Of a DNA stretch of 64,000 nt, positions 28,060 to 38,612 are shown piece after piece (the stretch's first letter is position 1; each line of letters starts with the position of its first letter). Below the pieces are notes generated by a model, which saw nothing but the letters and a program-made list of their open reading frames with translations, had not been told where the DNA came from and ran no database searches. Origin of the DNA: an uncultured Verrucomicrobiae bacterium (lineage in GTDB: Bacteria; Verrucomicrobiota; Verrucomicrobiia; Chthoniobacterales; JAATET01); contig CAVRCI010000011.1 of assembly GCA_963719495.1 (NCBI GenBank), positions 32,001 to 96,000 on the forward strand. The letters are read 5' to 3'. The position numbers and the translations under genes are program-made.

Positions 28060-29608
28060 GGCGTTTCGGGCGCGGCATCCGGCGGTCGTGGAGGCGGCTT
28101 TGTGGGCGGTGCCGGCGATGGCGTTTGGTCTCGGCTTGCGGGTCCTGCTTTCCGTCCTGCAGCCGTATGCCTACTGGGGATCGGATTCGGATTCTTATTT
28201 CAGTTTCACTTACCGGCTGTTGGTCGACGGGGTCGGGTCGATTCCCGAGAAGCGGCGTTACGTTTACCCGCTGCTGTTGCTGCCGACCGGGGTTCTGCCG
28301 GGTGGGGCTTTGTGGTGGGTGGCGGTGGGGCAGCATTTGCTGGGGTTATTGACGATCTTGCCGTTTGCCTACGTGGTGCGGAAGGTGTTCGGGCGGTGGC
28401 GGTGGTGGGTCGTGCCGGTGACGCTGGTCTACGCGGGGACGCCGATGCTGGTGTGGTATGAGCACGAGCTGCTGGGGGAGGCGTTCTTTTTCGCGATGCT
28501 GGTTTGGGCTTTTGCCGGGTGGGCGGCCTGGGTGGGGCGGATCGAGCTGGGGGGGGCGGGCGGGCGCGGGGTGGTGGCTTGGTGGTTGTTTTTTGCGGCG
28601 TTGGCGTTGGCGGTGATGACGAAGCCGAGCGGGCGGTTTTTCTGGCCGGGGTTGGTGATTGGGTTGATTTACCTGCGGGCTTGGCGGTGGGTGCGGTGGC
28701 CGCAGTGGGTGGGGTTGGCGGCGCTGCTGGTGGTGTCGTGGACGATGGGCGAGGGAACGCAGGCGGCGCGGTTACTCTACACTTCGGCGTTTCCGCTCAC
28801 CCAGCTGGAGACGGCTTCGCACGCGGATCTCAAGGCCGAGGTCGCTCCGCTGGTGCGGGCGGCCCGGGAGCGGCTGAACATTTATTACGGCGAAGACGAC
28901 GCGGCGAAGCAGTTCCTGAGGGAGGATTATCGGACGAAGGCGTATCCGGCCTGGCGGGCGCTGCGGAAGGCGGGCGGGGACCGGGATTACGCGGCGATGC
29001 GGGATCTGGCGCTGGAGGGGATCTTCGCCGAGCCGCACCTGTTCGTTTACATCGCGTTGCAGCGGACGGTGGCGGCTCTGAATTGGTCGGTTTTCAAGGA
29101 GGAGCGGTTCGAGCCGGAGTATTTTCCGCGGAAGTTCGAGGGACGCTTCGAGGATTTGCTCGAGGAGCCGGCGAAGCTGCGGATGTTGTTTGGGCTGTCG
29201 GCTTCGGAGCCGCTGCCGACGTGGCCGGAGATGGAGGCGCGGCTGCGTTCGGGCGAGAACGCGACGCTGCAGGGTTGGCAGCGGGGAGTGGTGACCGCTT
29301 TCGTGGACGCGGGCACCTTCGTGCGGTCGCCGGAGGATGACGACGGGGGGCGGAGAAACTTGTCGGAAATGACACCGACGTGGCTGGGTTGGTGGTTGCT
29401 GATTGGGTCGGTGACGTCGCTGGTGGTGGCTCGGTATCGTGGGGTCGTGGGGGTGTGGCTGCTGATTGGTGGGGGCTACGCGGTGGCGGTGCACTTGGTG
29501 GGCAGTAGTAATCCGCGGTTCTTCGCGGCGGCCTGGCCGATGCTCTTTGTGGCGATGGTGGTGCCGTTGGATTGGCTCGCGGAGCGGTTTGCCGGGCGGT
29601 TGCGGTGA
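28043..29608 (+). CDS. Multi-pass membrane protein, GT-C glycosyltransferase-like
   Basis: DSDSY in first loop, R..YP, many TMs, NPRF near the C-terminus. Confidence 0.6.
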   Translation: MSERFRAFRARHPAVVEAALWAVPAMAFGLGLRVLLSVLQPYAYWGSDSDSYFSFTYRLLVDGVGSIPEKRRYVYPLLLLPTGVLPGGALWWVAVGQHLLGLLTILPFAYVVRKVFGRWRWWVVPVTLVYAGTPMLVWYEHELLGEAFFFAMLVWAFAGWAAWVGRIELGGAGGRGVVAWWLFFAALALAVMTKPSGRFFWPGLVIGLIYLRAWRWVRWPQWVGLAALLVVSWTMGEGTQAARLLYTSAFPLTQLETASHADLKAEVAPLVRAARERLNIYYGEDDAAKQFLREDYRTKAYPAWRALRKAGGDRDYAAMRDLALEGIFAEPHLFVYIALQRTVAALNWSVFKEERFEPEYFPRKFEGRFEDLLEEPAKLRMLFGLSASEPLPTWPEMEARLRSGENATLQGWQRGVVTAFVDAGTFVRSPEDDDGGRRNLSEMTPTWLGWWLLIGSVTSLVVARYRGVVGVWLLIGGGYAVAVHLVGSSNPRFFAAAWPMLFVAMVVPLDWLAERFAGRLR

Positions 29609-29621
29609 GGATGAAAATTTT

Positions 29622-30593
29622 ATGAAACGAGTGATTTCGATCGTGGTGAGTCTGGGGATTTTGGCCGCGCTGTATTCGCGGATCGATTTCTCGAAGGTGG
29701 TGCCGATTTTCACGAATGCTTCGGTGTTCTGGATGACGGTGAGTCTGGGGATGGTGATCCCGCTGACGATGCTGACGGCGGGGCGGCTGTGTCAGCTGAT
29801 GCCGCGGGAGCATCCGTTGCACTTTCTGGAGTCGATGCGGTTGATTCTGCTGGCGAGCGTTCTCAATCTGGTGCTGCCGTCGAAGATGGGGGACATGGCG
29901 AAGGCGGTGTTCATGGCCGATCGGGGGCACGTGAAGGGATCGTTGGCGTTTGCGCTGGTGGTGTTCGAGAAGGCGTGCGACCTGCTTTCGCTGCTCGTTT
30001 GGTGCGTGGTGGGGCTGCTGATGTATCCGCGGAAGGATGCGTTCTTCTGGGTGATGACGGCGGTGATCGTGGCGGGGTTTTGCGGGCTGGCTCTGTTGCT
30101 TGGGTCGACGGTTTTCGCGCGGTTTTTCTTCCGGTTGGCGGAGCGGTATGCGCCGGGGAAGATCGGGGCGAAATTCGCGACGCTGCACGAGTCGTGGGTG
30201 GAGATGCACGCGTATTTCTGGCGGGACAAGTGGGAGCTGACGAAGATCGCGGTGAATTCGCTGTTCATCTGGTTCCTGCACCTGGTGCAGATCTGGATGT
30301 TCACGTTGGCGTTGCGCGAGTCGGTGCCGTTTTTGTCGAATCTGGCGCTTTCGCCGCTGGCAATCCTGGCCGGGCTGCTGCCGCTGACGTTTGCGGGGGT
30401 GGGGACGCGGGATGCGGCGCTGGTGTTTCTGTACGCGCCTTACATATCGGCTCCCGCCGGGGCGGCGCTGGGGGTGATGTGCACTCTACGCTACGTGCTG
30501 CCGGCGATTCTGGGGTTGCCGTTCATCGGGAAAGCGGTGTCGGAGCTTGGCGGCTTGCAGCGGTTGCGGGGGGCGAAGGGGCGGGTTGCGTGA
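29622..30593 (+). CDS. Lysylphosphatidylglycerol synthase TM / flippase-like (UPF0104)
   Basis: LNLVLPSKMGDMAK, FEKACD, LPLTFAGVGTRDA. Confidence 0.9.
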   Translation: MKRVISIVVSLGILAALYSRIDFSKVVPIFTNASVFWMTVSLGMVIPLTMLTAGRLCQLMPREHPLHFLESMRLILLASVLNLVLPSKMGDMAKAVFMADRGHVKGSLAFALVVFEKACDLLSLLVWCVVGLLMYPRKDAFFWVMTAVIVAGFCGLALLLGSTVFARFFFRLAERYAPGKIGAKFATLHESWVEMHAYFWRDKWELTKIAVNSLFIWFLHLVQIWMFTLALRESVPFLSNLALSPLAILAGLLPLTFAGVGTRDAALVFLYAPYISAPAGAALGVMCTLRYVLPAILGLPFIGKAVSELGGLQRLRGAKGRVA

Positions 30594-30819
30594 CTTGTGA
30601 CTTGTGAATGGTGACTTGTGAATTGTTGCGAGAGGCTGGCGACGGGCGGGATTCTCTCACTGCTCGACTCCTCGACGCTCCTTGAGGTGTCTTCGGCTCT
30701 CTCGCTTTGCTCGATTTGCCGGGGGATGCGGCGGGACGCCGCATCTCGCACGCGGGGACGCGTGCGCTCCCCTTTTCGGCACCTGGAAGGTGCCGCTCCT
30801 TGAATTAATTTTGGAAACG

Positions 30820-30850
30820 AAAAAGGGCACCCGGTTTTGGGGCGCCCTTC
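30820..30850 (-). terminator. Intrinsic terminator after bamA-skp
   Basis: Minus strand AAGGGCGCCC-loop-GGGTGCCC followed by TTTTT. Confidence 0.7.
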
Positions 30851-30867
30851 TTTGGTGATTTTTTTGA

Positions 30868-31458
30868 TTATTCGGCGCTGGCTTTCGGGGCGTCGGAGTT
30901 GAGCTTTTCGATGATCTCGGTCGAGAAGTCGGAGTCTTCGCGGCTGTAGACGACGACGGGGATCTGGCCGGCGCTGAGGCCCGACTTGTCGAGGACGAGG
31001 TCGTAGCCCTTTTCGGTGATGCCCGTGTTCACGACCTTCATGATGTCTTCGATGATGTCTTTGCGCATCCGGACGAATTGCTCCTGGAGCTGACGTTCGC
31101 GGGTGCCCTTGAAGTCGTTGACTTCGCGGTCGAGGGTGCGGGCTTCGGTGACCTTCGACTCGCGCGTTTTGAGCATTTCGTCCTTGGCGTCGGCGCTGAG
31201 CTCGGGGGCTTCGATCTTGGCGTTGAGCTTGTTGATTTCCTCCATGCTCGTCTTGAGGGTCTCGACGCGCTCGTCGAACTCCTTCTTCGCGGCTGCGCGC
31301 TGGTCGTTAAGCTTTTTCTCGGCGTCCTTGGTCTTGTAATACTCGGTGAACACGCGGTTCATATCGAGAATGCCGAGCTTGATTTCGGCGTGGGCGTGGG
31401 GCGCGATCACAGTCATTGCGATGGCGAGGGCGGCGATACGGATGGGGTTTTTCTTCAT
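30868..31458 (-). CDS. skp: OmpH/Skp periplasmic chaperone
   Basis: KLGILDMNRVF, coiled coil, GYDLVLDKS; follows bamA. Confidence 0.93.
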   Translation of the reverse strand: MKKNPIRIAALAIAMTVIAPHAHAEIKLGILDMNRVFTEYYKTKDAEKKLNDQRAAAKKEFDERVETLKTSMEEINKLNAKIEAPELSADAKDEMLKTRESKVTEARTLDREVNDFKGTRERQLQEQFVRMRKDIIEDIMKVVNTGITEKGYDLVLDKSGLSAGQIPVVVYSREDSDFSTEIIEKLNSDAPKASAE

Positions 31459-31541
31459 ATAAGGGGTGTCTTAAAGCTGGGTTGGCGGGCGAGTTTTCTG
31501 GCCCGCGTGAACCTATTGAGACCCGCTGGGCGGGAATTCGT

Positions 31542-33869
31542 TCAAAATTGGTAGCCGACGTTGAAGTTAAATTTGCCGGTGCTGTCGTTGAATTCGTCGC
31601 TGTCGATCGGGATGCCGTAGTCGATGCGGACGGGGCCGATGGGGAGTTCCACGCGGAGGCCGAGGCCGATGTCGCTGTTGACGCCATCGGTCGAGAAGTC
31701 GGCGAAGTCGCTGTTCACGAAGCCGACATCGTAGAAGAGCGAGCCGCGGATGCGGGGGATGATCGGGAAGCTGAGCTCGACGGTGCCGTAGGCGAGCGTG
31801 CTGCCGCCGAGGGGGTTGCCCTGATCGTCCTTCGGACCCACATCGCGGAAGTCGAAGCCGCGGAGGTTATTCGCGCCACCGAGGTAGAGGCGGTCGAAGA
31901 GTGGGACGCCTTCGGGTCCGCTGGAGTCGCCGAAGCCATCGACGACGGCGACGGATCCCTTGAATTGAAGAATCATGTCGAAGGGCAGGGAGAAGAACTG
32001 CGCGCCCTCGAGGGTGAGGCCGTAGTCGTTGACGGTGCCGCCGAGCGGGCCGCCGGCGACGAAGCCGGTGAGGCGGACGAGCTGGCCCTTGCGGGTGAGG
32101 AAGAGGCTGTCGCGGTTGTCGTAATTGATCGAGCCGGTGACGGAACTGCGATCGTAGGTGCCTTCGGCGTCCTGAATGACCTGGCCCGCGTCGTTGTCGA
32201 CGTCGAAGATGCGAATTTGTTCGATGCGGTATTCGCCTTCGATGGAGATGAAATTCGTGAGCGCCTTGCGGAGGCCGACGTTGGCTCCGACGTTGGATTG
32301 GTTGTAGACGGAGCTGAGGAAGTTCGCGTCGCGGTAGAAGGCCTCGGTGGTGAGGGCGAGCTGGTAGCCGAGGAACCAGGGTTCGGTGAAGGAGATGATG
32401 AAGTCCCGACGCCGGACGCCGTACTGGGCTCGGATGCGGAATCGCTGACCGCCTCCGGTGAAGCGGGGCCAATTCGTGATGTCGAAATTCGACTGTTGGA
32501 GCTCCGCGAAGCCGATGAGGCTGTCGATGGTGCTGAAGCCCGCGCCGAAGTTGAACGAGCCGGTTCGTTTTTCTTCGACGATGACGTTGAGATCCTTTCG
32601 ACCGGGGACGAGCGTGTCGGAGGGGACGAGTTGGAGGGCGGTGGGTGGCTCGGTCTGGAAGTAGTTCAGGTTGGCGAGGCGCGCGCGGCTGACGTCGACG
32701 AGCGTCGTGTCGTAGATTTCGCCGGGTTTGACGGCGAGTTCGCGGCGAATGACCCGGTCTTTCGTGCGGCTGTTACCCTGGATGTTGACGAGGTTGACGT
32801 AGGATTGGATGCCCTCGTCGATGGTGTAGTTGATGTCGACGGCTCCTTCGCCGGCTGGCGTGATCTCGGGGAGGACGACGCGGTCGATGTAGCCGCGGGC
32901 TCCGTAGAAATCGCCCAGCGCGGTGAGATCGCCGGTGAGGCCATTTGGGGTGAAAAGCTCGCCTTCCCGCATCTTGAGGATGCCGAGCACCTCGTCGACC
33001 GGGACGATGGCGACGCCTTCGATGGTGACGGCGTTCACGCGGTATTCGATGCCTTCTTGAATCGTGAAGACGATCTCCACGCTGTCCTTGCCGTAGGCGA
33101 CGGTGTCCGGGTCGGAAACCTGGACGTCGGCGAAACCGCGGTTCTGGTAGAGGCGGCGGACGGCGAGCTTGTCGGCTTCGAGCTGGGACGGGACGAGGCG
33201 GCCGCTCTTGTTGAAGAACGAGAGGAGATTCCACGTCTTGGTGGCCATCGCCTTTTTGAGGTCCTTCGCTTCGACGGAGTAGTTCCCGACGAAGGTGATC
33301 TTGCGAACGATGAGTTTGGGGCCTTCGAGGATCGAGAAGACGACGCGAGTGCGTTCGTCGGAGAGGTCTTCGACCTTGTATTGGACGTCGACCTCGGAGT
33401 AGTTGCGTTCTTCGTAGAGCTTGAGGATGGAGCGGCGACCTTCCTCGAGGCGTTCTTCGTTGAGGGCGTCGCCGGGCTTGAGGCCGATCTCCTTGCGGAG
33501 CTTGGTCTGGCCGATCACGGTGGCGCCTTCGATGAGAATCTCCGAAATGACGGGCCGTCCCTGGAGGAGAACGGTGACTCGGACGCCATCGGTCATGGGT
33601 TCGCCGAAGATGCGGACATTGGAGAGGGTCCCGGTGGCGTAGAGGTTGCGGATGTCTTCTTCGACGGTGCGTTCGCTGTAGGGCTGGCCGACCTGGGTCG
33701 CGAGGTTGGCGAGGATTCGCTCCTCCGAGACGGATTCGGGGCCGACGAATTGGACGTCGATCTCGCGAATGATGGGTCCGCCACCGATCTGGGCGTGGAG
33801 CGGAGTGGAGGAAATCGCGAAGACCGCGAGCAGGAGGGTGAGGAGAAATGGAGAGAGGCGGCGTTTCAT
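31542..33869 (-). CDS. bamA: Outer membrane protein assembly factor BamA
   Basis: POTRA repeats, GNSRTKDRVIRRE, LRGFDFRDVGP, C-terminal FNVGYQF. Confidence 0.96.
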   Translation of the reverse strand: MKRRLSPFLLTLLLAVFAISSTPLHAQIGGGPIIREIDVQFVGPESVSEERILANLATQVGQPYSERTVEEDIRNLYATGTLSNVRIFGEPMTDGVRVTVLLQGRPVISEILIEGATVIGQTKLRKEIGLKPGDALNEERLEEGRRSILKLYEERNYSEVDVQYKVEDLSDERTRVVFSILEGPKLIVRKITFVGNYSVEAKDLKKAMATKTWNLLSFFNKSGRLVPSQLEADKLAVRRLYQNRGFADVQVSDPDTVAYGKDSVEIVFTIQEGIEYRVNAVTIEGVAIVPVDEVLGILKMREGELFTPNGLTGDLTALGDFYGARGYIDRVVLPEITPAGEGAVDINYTIDEGIQSYVNLVNIQGNSRTKDRVIRRELAVKPGEIYDTTLVDVSRARLANLNYFQTEPPTALQLVPSDTLVPGRKDLNVIVEEKRTGSFNFGAGFSTIDSLIGFAELQQSNFDITNWPRFTGGGQRFRIRAQYGVRRRDFIISFTEPWFLGYQLALTTEAFYRDANFLSSVYNQSNVGANVGLRKALTNFISIEGEYRIEQIRIFDVDNDAGQVIQDAEGTYDRSSVTGSINYDNRDSLFLTRKGQLVRLTGFVAGGPLGGTVNDYGLTLEGAQFFSLPFDMILQFKGSVAVVDGFGDSSGPEGVPLFDRLYLGGANNLRGFDFRDVGPKDDQGNPLGGSTLAYGTVELSFPIIPRIRGSLFYDVGFVNSDFADFSTDGVNSDIGLGLRVELPIGPVRIDYGIPIDSDEFNDSTGKFNFNVGYQF

Positions 33870-34074
33870 TCGTCAGCGGGGCAATTACCGCGCGGGTGCC
33901 CGGTCTAAAGAGCGGAGTAAAGACGACAATGGTCTGGAAAGGTCAAGCTGGGATTTGGGGGCGGACCCGGGGTGGATGGTCGGCCCGCTGGCGTCCGGCA
34001 ACCGCCGGACCGGATGCCGAGGCGGGACGCCGCGGCTCGCACGCCGGGAGGCGGGCGTTCCCCACCGATTTGCG

Positions 34075-35076
34075 TCAGGTTTCCGGCCTCGCGAAGGCGA
34101 TGGAGACGGAGCGGACGACGTTGCCGTTTCGGTTGCGGAGCTGGAGTTTGGCGGTGCTGGCTGGCCAGTCGATCGTGAGGGTGCCGAAGTTGAGGCCGAC
34201 GTAGGTCGCACCGACGCGGAGGGAGTTCGGCTCGCCGGGGAATTCCTCCCAGTAGTGGGTGAGGCCGCTGGTGGTGAGCTCGACGAGCGGCGGGCGCTTC
34301 TCGAGGGCGGGGAGCAGCGAGACTTCACCGATGTGGCGGTCGCCGGAAAGCAGGATCACGCCGGGGGCTTTTGATTGTGCAATAAGTTTGAAAAGGCGCT
34401 CCCGGGCACCCGGGTAGTCGGCCCATTTCTCGTAGCGGTGTTCGGATGGGAGGATCTGCGAGCCGGAGCAGATGAGGTGCATCTGGGCGGGGCTGCGGTC
34501 GAGAGTGCGCTCGAGCCAAGCCCACTGACGTTTGCCGAGGATGTCCGCGTTTTTGGTGTCCTTCGGATCTCGAAAATACCGGACGTCGAGGAGGATGACG
34601 CAGACCTGTTGGCCCGGCGGGCCGTAAACTCGGCTGGTGTGGATTCCTTCCTGAGAGCGGCGCGGGCTATCGGCGGGTTCGTCCACGAAATCGAGAAAGA
34701 GGCGCTGGGCGTCGGCCTTGATCGGGAAGGTGCGGTCGCCGTTGTTCTTGCCGAAATCGTGGTCGTCCCAGGTGCCGATGACGGGCACGGACTCGGTGAA
34801 TTTGCGGTAGGCGGGATTGTTTTTTTGGAGATCCCACTTGGCCGAGAACTTCGCGACATCGGTCGTGTCGCCGTAAATGTTGTCGCCAAGCCAGACGAAG
34901 AGGTCGGGCTGCCAATCGGCGATCACGCGCCACATCGGCTGCTTGAAATACTGGTTGTTGCACGATCCGAAGGCGATGCGCGTGAGCGGAGGGATCTCGG
35001 GTGCGGCGGGTTTTGAATGCGCCAGCGGAGCGGCGACGCTCGCGGCGACGAGGAGTGCGAGGGGGAGTCGCTTCAC
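34075..35076 (-). CDS. phoD: Alkaline phosphatase D family protein
   Basis: RIAFGSC, WLGDNIYGD, TWDDHDFG, LLDVRY, LSGDRH; GTG overlaps pdxH stop. Confidence 0.9.
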   Translation of the reverse strand: MKRLPLALLVAASVAAPLAHSKPAAPEIPPLTRIAFGSCNNQYFKQPMWRVIADWQPDLFVWLGDNIYGDTTDVAKFSAKWDLQKNNPAYRKFTESVPVIGTWDDHDFGKNNGDRTFPIKADAQRLFLDFVDEPADSPRRSQEGIHTSRVYGPPGQQVCVILLDVRYFRDPKDTKNADILGKRQWAWLERTLDRSPAQMHLICSGSQILPSEHRYEKWADYPGARERLFKLIAQSKAPGVILLSGDRHIGEVSLLPALEKRPPLVELTTSGLTHYWEEFPGEPNSLRVGATYVGLNFGTLTIDWPASTAKLQLRNRNGNVVRSVSIAFARPET

Positions 35077-35714
35077 GGCTGAAGACGTTGGATGCTCCAG
35101 GTCGAGTCGGCGGTCGGCTCGTAGCGGAATCGGTCGTGGAGGCGGCCGGAGCGACCCTGCCAGAATTCGAACGAATCGGGAATCACCCGGAAGCCGCCCC
35201 AGAAGGGCGGGAGCGGGACCGCGCCGTCGGCGAACTTTTCGCGCACCCGTTGCATCGCCGCTTCGAGGTCGGCGCGGGAGGCGGCGGGTTCGCTCTGCCG
35301 CGACGCCCAGGCGCCGAGTTGACTCTCGCGCGGGCGACTGTGGAAATACTCGCGCGACTCGTCGGCGGTGATCCGTTCGGCGCGTCCGGTCACGAGGATC
35401 TGACGTTCGAGCGGATTCCAGTGGAAGGTGAGGGCGACGTGGGGATTCGCCGCGATCTGGCGGCCCTTGCGGCTTTCGTAGTTGGTGAAAAACCGGAGCG
35501 CGCTGGGTTCGATTCCTTTGAGGAGGACGGTGCGGGCCGAAGGACGGCCCTCCGCGTCGGCGGTCGCGAGGGTCATCGCGTTGGGTTCCGCGATGGCGTC
35601 GCATGCCTGAGCCTCGCCGAACCAGAGTCGGAATTGCGCGAAAGGATCGGCGGTCAGTTCGGAGGCGTCGAGGGAGTCGGCGCGGTAGTCCTTGCGGAGA
35701 TCGGAGACGTTCAC
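35073..35714 (-). CDS. pdxH: Pyridoxamine 5'-phosphate oxidase
   Basis: EPNAMTLAT, RTVLLK, FFTNYESRKG, EFWQGRSGRLHDR, RLQP. Confidence 0.97.
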   Translation of the reverse strand: MNVSDLRKDYRADSLDASELTADPFAQFRLWFGEAQACDAIAEPNAMTLATADAEGRPSARTVLLKGIEPSALRFFTNYESRKGRQIAANPHVALTFHWNPLERQILVTGRAERITADESREYFHSRPRESQLGAWASRQSEPAASRADLEAAMQRVREKFADGAVPLPPFWGGFRVIPDSFEFWQGRSGRLHDRFRYEPTADSTWSIQRLQP

Positions 35715-35815
35715 GTGGGCAGAGTGGCGGGCGTGCGCGGGCGGCGCAATATTTTGCCGTGCGCGGGAATGCACCCGAACGAAGAAATCCGCTCCAGCGC
35801 CTTTGATTTTTCCCT

Positions 35816-35843
35816 TTGACACGCAAGAACCAGTTGGTAGTTT
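35816..35843 (+). promoter_or_regulatory. sigma70 promoter of the tRNA-Thr/tuf operon
   Basis: TTGACA-16nt-TAGTTT with extended TG. Confidence 0.7.
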
Positions 35844-35984
35844 CACCCCTCAATTTCGCCGGAGCGCTGTTCAAGTCCTGGCCGTTTCCTTGGAATGAAG
35901 CGGGCGGGGCTTTTCACTCTCCGGACGTCCTTTGAACAGATACCTTATGCGAATCTAACAACCCGATGGCCGAAGTGCCCCGTT

Positions 35985-36060
<76 letters not shown>

Positions 36061-36098
36061 CGATTTCCCAAAACGGTAACGACTAACAAAACAAACCC

Positions 36099-37283
<1,185 letters not shown>

Positions 37284-37297
37284 GCACTTAGACACCA

Positions 37298-37370
37298 AGG
37301 CGAGTAACTCAATTGGTAGAGTAGCGGTCTCCAAAACCGTTTGTTGGGGGTTCGAGTCCCTCCTCGCCTG
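37298..37370 (+). tRNA. tRNA-Trp(CCA)
   Basis: Anticodon arm GCGGT-CTCCAAA-ACCGT, T-loop GGTTCGAGTCC; usual position before secE. Confidence 0.95.
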
Positions 37371-37424
37371 CTCTATCGAGTCCCTCCTCACCAGGGGGCT
37401 TTGATATTTCACAAGATCCCCGCA

Positions 37425-37640
37425 ATGTTTGGAAAAGTATCCCGCTTCACCGCAGAAGTCCGCACCGAGCTGGCGAAAGCTTCCTGGCCGTGGGACCCGA
37501 ATCAGAAGGGTTTCAAGCGCTACCGGGAACTGTGGGATTCCACCGTCGTCGTTCTGATCGCCATGTTGATCATCGGCGGTTACATCGCGGCATTCGATTT
37601 TCTTTTCATCAACATCGTTGGGTTCCTGACGCATCCCTAA
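37425..37640 (+). CDS. secE: Preprotein translocase subunit SecE
   Basis: EVRTELAKASWP then one TM; lies between tRNA-Trp and nusG. Confidence 0.93.
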   Translation: MFGKVSRFTAEVRTELAKASWPWDPNQKGFKRYRELWDSTVVVLIAMLIIGGYIAAFDFLFINIVGFLTHP

Positions 37641-37655
37641 GGGAGTAATTTTTTA

Positions 37656-38222
37656 ATGAGTTTGGCACCGCGCGATCAGTTCTTCGTCGTTCACGTCCTT
37701 TCCGGACAGGAACAGAAGATCCACGACAACATCCAGAAGCGCATCAAAACGGAGGAGATGGAGGACGTGATCTTCGACGTGCTCATCCCGACCGAGCGGG
37801 TTCAGGAGATCAAACGCGGCAAGAAAACGGAGACCACCCGGAAATTTTTCCCGGGCTACATCATCGTCAACATGCACCTGCTCACCGAGGACAACGCCCT
37901 CGTGGACCGCAGTTGGTATTTCATTCGTGAAAGCACGGGCGTGATCGGTTTCGCCGGCAGCTCGAATGACCGACCGATTCCGATGCGTCGGAAGGAAGTG
38001 GAAGGGATGCTCGCGCAGATGAAAGAGCGCGAAGAGAGCGTCAAACCGAAGATCGAGTTCGAAGTCGGCGACAAGGTCAAGGTGGCGGACGGTCCGTTCC
38101 AGAATCAGAACGGTGTGGTCGAGGAAATCGACCCCGAGCGCGGCAAACTGCGCGTATCGGTCAGCATCTTCGGGCGCGAGACGCCGGTGGAGCTGGAATA
38201 CTGGCAGGTCGAGAAGGGTTAG
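37656..38222 (+). CDS. nusG: Transcription termination/antitermination factor NusG
   Basis: HVLSGQE, FFPGYI, KOW motif DGPFQN, SIFGRETPVEL. Confidence 0.98.
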   Translation: MSLAPRDQFFVVHVLSGQEQKIHDNIQKRIKTEEMEDVIFDVLIPTERVQEIKRGKKTETTRKFFPGYIIVNMHLLTEDNALVDRSWYFIRESTGVIGFAGSSNDRPIPMRRKEVEGMLAQMKEREESVKPKIEFEVGDKVKVADGPFQNQNGVVEEIDPERGKLRVSVSIFGRETPVELEYWQVEKG

Positions 38223-38612
38223 GTTTTTAAGCCGCAAAAAGGCGCAAAAGGGCGCAGGGGGCCTTTGGAACGGGTGCCAACCTCCATCTTGGGATTTTAC
38301 GTAGCAATTTCGCCGCAACCGTGTTGCCGATGAACTGTAGTCGCTCTGTGAGCGAGCCGCGCGGCGGCGAGACTTCTTCCAACCACCCCGCTCTCATGTT
38401 GAGGACCACGAACGCGCAAGCGAGTTAAGAAGTTAAAAATGATGGGGCGGCACCGGCCGCCCCCTTCTGGCATTCGGAGGGCGAGGCTTTGCCGAGCCGT
38501 GGCTCTCTCGCTGGATTGTGCGCCACAGGAGACGATGTCATTGGCAGCGAAGCGGAATGTCATTGGCTTTTCCTCATTCATAACGTTCGGGTCCCGAGGG
38601 GAAACGAGGTAT

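Noticed and set aside
31416..33908. Long antisense ORFs (also 17410-19632, 36039-37634, 58769-61042)
   Set aside because: Shadow frames of real genes, expected from high-GC codon bias
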